Shown here piece by piece: positions 59,209-64,000 of a stretch of DNA of 64,000 bases. The stretch lies in assembly GCA_963663765.2 (NCBI GenBank), contig CAXXUA010000008.1:52320-116319 (forward strand), in the 5' to 3' direction. The translations under genes and the position numbers were made by a program. Position 1 is the first letter of the stretch; each line of letters opens with the position of its first letter. The notes under the pieces are model-generated. The model searched no databases, was not told where the DNA came from, and saw only the letters and a program-made list of their open reading frames with translations. This DNA comes from Candidatus Poribacteria bacterium. GTDB lineage: Bacteria > Poribacteria > WGA-4E > WGA-3G.

Positions 59209-60510
59209 ATGAGTCTAATCGATGGGCTATCAATCGGTATAGCCTCAATACGTGCAAACAAAATGCGTTCTATGTTAACAATGTTGGGAATTATAATCGG
59301 TATCGCAGCTGTACTCGCAATGATAGCAATCGGAGATGGTGCAAAAGAGGTAGTACTTCAAGACGCAGAAAAACTTGGTGGGGCAAACCAATTCACTTTA
59401 TATCGTAGATCATCTACCAGAATTGGAAGGCATAAAGTACCAATTCGCACTAAGGAATATCTCAACTATGATGATGTCATCGCAATAGAAACTGAATGTC
59501 CATCTGTCAACTATGTAACGCCAAGGATACGGGATTGGAAAGGCTTGTTATTCCAAGGTCCAGGTGGCACGCAAACCCGTGCAGGATATAACGGCGTTGA
59601 TAAAACCTTTAAAGACGCAATGGATTGGAAGTTACAAGACGGTAGATTCATCACAGATGAGGATGTAAAAAATGCAGCACAAATCTGTATACTTGGGGAT
59701 GAAGTCGCAACAGACCTATTCGGAAACATCTCTCCACTGGGACAAGAGGTAAAAATCGCAAGACGGGTAAAATACTACGACCATCGTGGAAAAAGACGTA
59801 ACAAGCTTTTAACAGATCGATTTACGGTTGTTGGAAAAATGACACCAAGAGGAAGAAGTCTACGTTTCGGTTGGAGTTTTGATAGTATGGTCTTCTTCCC
59901 TATCACCACCACGCAGGAACGTTTTACCGGTGACGACAAGATTCAGGAAATCGTCGTATATGCACATTCCATTCACGACGTACCTACTGCGGTTTCTGAA
60001 GTAAGACAGGTTATCAGACAACGTCACAAAGGGGAAGATAAATTCGTTAAAATATATGAGATGCGAAAAGGTATCAGGCATCTGGAAAGAATAAGCAAAA
60101 TGATAAAAATCGCTCTTGGCAGCATTGCAGGTTTTTCGCTTCTTGTTGGTGGAATCGGCATCATGAATATGATGTTAGTCGCTGTAACGGAACGCACACG
60201 TGAGATCGGTCTACGAAAAGCCATGGGAGCAAAACCACTGGACATCATGCTACAATTCCTCATTGAGTCAATAACCATGTGTGCAATAGGAGGAATTATC
60301 GGAATCTGTTTAGGTGTATTTGCAAGTGAAGGAATGTCATTTCTTGCAGTCAAAATCGCAAAAATCGTTCCTGAATGGCCAGCAGTTGTTTCAGCACAAT
60401 GGGTACTGATTTCCTGTCTGTTTTCCGCAGTGATCGGCATTTCATTCGGATTATATCCAGCCATAAAAGCATCTATGTTATCCCCAATAGAAGCTCTTCG
60501 CAAAGAATAA
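59209..60510 (+). CDS. MacB/FtsX-type ABC transporter permease
   Basis: RSMLTMLGIIIGI, VGGIGIMNMMLVAVTERTREIGLRKAMGA and PIEALR. Start at ATG 59209 with RBS AGGAGG. Confidence 0.92.
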   Translation: MSLIDGLSIGIASIRANKMRSMLTMLGIIIGIAAVLAMIAIGDGAKEVVLQDAEKLGGANQFTLYRRSSTRIGRHKVPIRTKEYLNYDDVIAIETECPSVNYVTPRIRDWKGLLFQGPGGTQTRAGYNGVDKTFKDAMDWKLQDGRFITDEDVKNAAQICILGDEVATDLFGNISPLGQEVKIARRVKYYDHRGKRRNKLLTDRFTVVGKMTPRGRSLRFGWSFDSMVFFPITTTQERFTGDDKIQEIVVYAHSIHDVPTAVSEVRQVIRQRHKGEDKFVKIYEMRKGIRHLERISKMIKIALGSIAGFSLLVGGIGIMNMMLVAVTERTREIGLRKAMGAKPLDIMLQFLIESITMCAIGGIIGICLGVFASEGMSFLAVKIAKIVPEWPAVVSAQWVLISCLFSAVIGISFGLYPAIKASMLSPIEALRKE

Positions 60511-60515
60511 ATTCC

Positions 60516-61256
60516 TTACCCTGGCATTTCGTTATATGTTACTCCATCTAGTTCTCTACCATTTTTAGATTTGCGTACTCCACCCCACTGTTTAAAGAAA
60601 AAGTCTACACCGTTTTTCTTACATTGGTCTTTGATGTCAATAACCCATTCTTTTTTCATCACACGTGAACCGGGACCAGATTCACCTCCAACAATTACCC
60701 AATCTATTCCATCCAAATTTAAGTCTGAAAGCTGTCCAATTAGTGGTTCAAGTGACAGAAATTTTATTTTTGCTTCTGTCTGATGTAGGTCATCAATCCT
60801 ATCTATCACTCGGTCGTCCTCAACACTTACACCCATCCATACATTTGGTGGCCACGGTAATTTTGTGCTGTATTTCAATAGTTGTGTTGCACGCTTTGTT
60901 AAGATTTGGAATTTATGCCAATACGCCTTTTCCATTACAGAGAAAACTGCTTGAATAAAATCAAATTCTATTTTTTCGTGAAACAGATCACTCATGGAAT
61001 TAACGAAAATACGGCGCGGTTTTTTCCATTTTAATGGCTCGTTAAGGAGTGTCCATACTGGACGTACCTCGCGCGTCCATTGTGGACCGTTTTTGGTGTT
61101 TTCCGCAAAACCTTCGAATGCCATCCCTTCCCCAGAGAACCTTGCTGCAATACGTTCAGCATAGCAGAATCGGCATCCATCTGAAACGCGGGTACATCCG
61201 CGTACAGGATTCCATGTAGATTCAGTCCACTCAATTTTTGATGAAATGGTTGCCAT
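60516..61256 (-). CDS. DUF5131 / phage Gp37-Gp68 family three-Cys-motif protein
   Basis: IEWTESTWNP, GCTRVSDGCRFCYA, FVNSMSDLFH, ILTKR, SLEPL, WVIVGGESG and FFFKQWGG. Confidence 0.93.
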   Translation of the reverse strand: MATISSKIEWTESTWNPVRGCTRVSDGCRFCYAERIAARFSGEGMAFEGFAENTKNGPQWTREVRPVWTLLNEPLKWKKPRRIFVNSMSDLFHEKIEFDFIQAVFSVMEKAYWHKFQILTKRATQLLKYSTKLPWPPNVWMGVSVEDDRVIDRIDDLHQTEAKIKFLSLEPLIGQLSDLNLDGIDWVIVGGESGPGSRVMKKEWVIDIKDQCKKNGVDFFFKQWGGVRKSKNGRELDGVTYNEMPG

Positions 61257-61287
61257 GATTATAGTTCCTTTAAAGGGTTAAATTCAT

Positions 61288-61476
61288 TTAATATTTACTT
61301 CTTTGACTAAACTGTTTCAAAATTATACCCTGTGCAATTTTAACCGCAATCGGAGCACCTTTGGGATTACCAGCTGCAAAACACAGAAGGTACAATGGAA
61401 CATTTTTTGAATTTCGTAATGGAAGAGGATTTGTCGCCACTTGACTAAAGATATCTTGTAATCGTTTAATAAAGTA
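61288..61476 (-). pseudogene. C-terminal remnant of three-Cys-motif partner protein (TcmP-like), cut by IS
   Basis: Manual translation YFIKRLQDIFSQVATNPLPLRNSKNVPLYLLCFAAGNPKGAPIAVKIAQGIILKQFSQRSKY*. It begins at the IS end and lies directly upstream of the DUF5131 gene. Confidence 0.72.
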
Positions 61477-61550
61477 TTAGACATTATATAAATTTAAATT
61501 ACAGTTGATTTCTGGCATAATAAAGAAAATTATGCTTTGGAGATTAACTC

Positions 61551-62802
61551 ATGAACAAATATGATGAAATCAATGATGATCCGGGTAAGTTCCAAAAACT
61601 AACGGGTTTTACGACTGAAGAAATTTTGGCACTTCTTCCGATTTTTACGACACATTTTTTAGCGTTTGTCTCTACAAAAACACTTGATGGTCAAGAACGA
61701 AAAAAAACGGCTTTATACCACTTACAAAAATAGTCGTTTGTCAAATATGGAAGATAAACTTCTGTTTATTTTGATTTATCTACGACACGCATGGACCCAA
61801 GATGCTCATGGTATGTTCTTTGATATGTCTCAACCTGAGACAAACGAGTTGTGCTAAATAACTATATGTTAATCATTGTTTCACATAAGCATGACGTTTT
61901 GCAGGTGTCCTTCATAGTTTGAAACGATCTTCAGTCCCGACAAATGCCATACGCGCATTTGGCGTTGATTTGGTAGGGACGATATGTTTATAGAAAAACG
62001 TCATAGTACATCCTCTTTAGTCCCGACAAATGCCATACGCGCATTTGGCGTTGATTTGGTAGGGACGATATGTGCACATTATAAACCTAATATATGTAAA
62101 AACTTTGAAAACAATTGGTTAACTGGCACAAGTCGTGAGACAAATAAATGGATACACCTACTTTCACCGATATTAGACCAGGCATTAGATGAACTCGGTG
62201 AGTTGCCATCTCGTGAGACAACTCCTGATACTTTTGAAAAAGAGACAGCTGTTGAAAGTGACACACCGGCACCCGAACATTTTTTCCAAGATTGCACAGA
62301 GCGTCCGATACAGCGTCCGAAAGACCAAGAAGCACAGAAGGACTATTATAGTGGCAAAAAGAAACAACATACTGTAAAGAATAATCTGCTTATTAATGCT
62401 GCGTGCAGGGTATTGGTATTGTCTCCTACTTACAAAGGCAGCAGGCATGATAAACGTATTGCCGATGAAACAATATCTTTTTTGCCAAGTGGTAGTTATT
62501 TATACCAAGATTCCGGTTTTTTAGGTTTTAATCCTGCTGGTATTACTGTTGTCCAACAGAAAAAGAAACCCAAAGGTGGTGAACTGACAGCAGCTGAAAA
62601 AGCAAGAAACCGGGAAATATCGTCTATCCGTATCCGTGTAGAACATGTGATTAGTAGTGTCAAAAGATACCGCATAGTCAAAGACAAGTTGCGCAATTGG
62701 AGGAAACAAGGGTTCAGCGATTTAGTCATGAAAATCTGTTGTGGATTACATAACTTTCGTCTAAACTTCAGACCTTGGTGTTATGACAAACATTTCGATT
62801 AA
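61551..62802 (+). pseudogene. Transposase pseudogene (frameshift in A8 run near 61700, MITE insertion 61844..62136)
   Basis: Fragments FQKLTG, EDKLLFILIYL..SQPETN and KWIHLL..DCTERPIQRP..YSGKKKQHTVK..HD..DSGF..RIRVEH. Confidence 0.85.
61844..62136. mobile_element. ACGAG...GTCGT MITE inserted in the transposase
   Basis: 7-bp duplication GAGACAA. Removing it restores SQPETNKWIH. Inverted homolog of 25152..25764. Confidence 0.9.
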
Positions 62803-62815
62803 ACTTATATAATGT

Positions 62816-63340
62816 CTAATGTCTAATATACACATCTTCAATGAAATCAACAGGGATGTCGCTCATTGCGTGTTGTGCTTTTGGAATGGCGATTGGATCG
62901 TGTGCACGGATATTTGCACCTTCAGCAACGAGTTGACGGATAATATCAAGTGATGGTGCTTCTCGAATGTCGCCTGTATTCGGCTTAAAGGTGAGGCCGA
63001 GGATACCGATAGTTTTCCCACTAAGCGTTTTCAAAACATCGCGTAACTTTTGAACGATTCTTATGCGCTGTTGAAAGTTAACCGTTCGTGCAGCCTCTGT
63101 AATCGGCATCTCGTATCCAGCTTGTGCTGCAACACCTAATAGAGCTGCGGTATCTTTCGGGTAGCAGCTACCACCCCAACCCAGACCAGCACGGAGGAAT
63201 CGATGTCCAATCCGTGAGTCAAGCCCAATACTGCGTGCCACCTCTGTGACATCTGCACCGACATCCTCACAAAGAAAGGCATCATTGCTGTTTGCTCCGA
63301 CTACGATCCGAGCTGGATAGAATTCCCCATGTAATGCCAA
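62816..63340 (-). pseudogene. UDP-glucose/GDP-mannose dehydrogenase fragment
   Basis: Has GADV..IGLDSRIG..GLGWGGSCYPKD, LGLTFKPNTGDIREAP and HDP. Lacks the N-terminal NAD domain, appears deleted between RIVVG and LCE, and ends at the IS. Confidence 0.82.
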
Positions 63341-63412
63341 ACGTACCTGTTCAAAGTTTATGATTTTCTTTCGTCACGCTTTTTCTCTTCAGGTTTGGAA
63401 GGCTCATCTGTA

Positions 63413-63847
63413 TCAGTTACCATCTAAAAACTTCATGAGAGCTTCGCTCTTTTCGCTCTTTTCGCTCTTTTCGCGGCTTTCTGAAGTAATTACCTTTCTA
63501 GCTTTCATCGTCTTTATAAGTCTCGCCCCAAACTTCTCCCGGAAAACGACCAAACGTTTGTGCCTCTCTGTACGTTTTTCCTCCGTAGTTGCAGAATCGG
63601 GCAGTTTTGACCTCATGATTTCGGGCAATTCTGCTATTATCTCCCTACCGAGTTGAAGCGCTACCTCCTTTTCTTTTGGATCGTCAATGCATTCTATGAG
63701 GGTCGGATCTTCTTCACATTCTTTAAGAAGACGTTGTAATTTATCTAACTCTTGTTGATGTAATGCCTCGTGTGCTTCCGCTTCCGCTGTCTTTTCAGAA
63801 TCATCAGAAGTGGGTTCAGGGTTCACAAGCAATTTCTTAGTTCCCAT
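63413..63847 (-). CDS. Hypothetical charged protein
   Basis: Open frame with RBS AGGAG before ATG 63847. No recognisable motif. Confidence 0.55.
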   Translation of the reverse strand: MGTKKLLVNPEPTSDDSEKTAEAEAHEALHQQELDKLQRLLKECEEDPTLIECIDDPKEKEVALQLGREIIAELPEIMRSKLPDSATTEEKRTERHKRLVVFREKFGARLIKTMKARKVITSESREKSEKSEKSEALMKFLDGN

Positions 63848-63871
63848 TTTGATTCTCCTTTCACCGCACAT

Positions 63872-64000
63872 TCATGATAAATGTCGGTTGAATTCTTTCC
63901 AGTAAAGCTGTTGTACCCAACCGGAAATAGTTACCTGAGTAAGATTGAGTCTTTTGCTGATTTTACCACAATTGTCCTTGAAACGTCGAAAACACAAGCA
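63872..64000 (-). CDS. 3' end of an ORF entering from beyond the window, possible HTH
   Basis: Open 43 codons ending ...GKISKRLNLTQVTISGWVQQLYWKEFNRHLS*. Confidence 0.3.
   Translation of the reverse strand, partial: CLCFRRFKDNCGKISKRLNLTQVTISGWVQQLYWKEFNRHLS

Larger units (their letters stand above)
61478..62818 (+). mobile_element. IS5-family (DDE_Tnp_4/ISL2-like) insertion sequence, inactivated
   Basis: 20-bp terminal repeats TAGACATTATATAA(A/G)TTTAA at both ends. Confidence 0.82.

Noticed and set aside
60516-61256. Prophage (from the Gp37/Gp68 annotation)
   Set aside because: No structural, integrase or replication phage genes in the window.
61984-62136. N-terminus of the 272-aa transposase ORF
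   Set aside because: Derived from the inserted MITE; the real transposase start is 61551.

Overview
This is a 64-kb, AT-rich bacterial chromosomal window. It most likely comes from Candidatus Poribacteria, a sponge-symbiont lineage. That is an inference from the gene repertoire: PhyH dioxygenase, paralogous sulfatases, a secreted WD40 protein starting LPDGAIARIG, DUF4159 and a squalene-oxidase-repeat protein. Housekeeping genes are the ribD 5' end, pheA, queG, aroK/aroB, cimA, larB, alaS, recX and mutL. Highlights not visible in the ORF track: (1) Two genes with an in-frame UGA at the position of a conserved Cys, each followed by a SECIS-like hairpin. One is a peroxiredoxin-like protein (128..640, motif W-U-P-N-S). 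The other is a small DUF5069-like protein (19521..19766, motif Y-P-U-P-Q-D), which may be an undescribed selenoprotein family. (2) A layered population of non-coding mobile DNA. At least eight MITE families carry GTAG-type REP hairpins, and one family shares its ends with the intact ISAs1 at 56147..57461. Two roughly 35-nt micro-elements beginning CCAAATCAACG insert without target duplication inside those hairpins, and filled and empty sites can both be seen in this window. (3) A solo tnpB IS200/IS605 element with intact RuvC residues, readable ends and a structured 5' leader. (4) An uncharacterised four-gene DUF6754 membrane module. (5) A TPR, lipoprotein and peptidase-PD40-Omp85 outer-membrane operon. 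(6) Two sigma54 promoters with enhancer-like palindromes. (7) An IS5-family junction joining a TcmP remnant to a UDP-glucose dehydrogenase pseudogene. No rRNA, tRNA or true CRISPR array was seen. Family names are from motif recognition; no database search was run.
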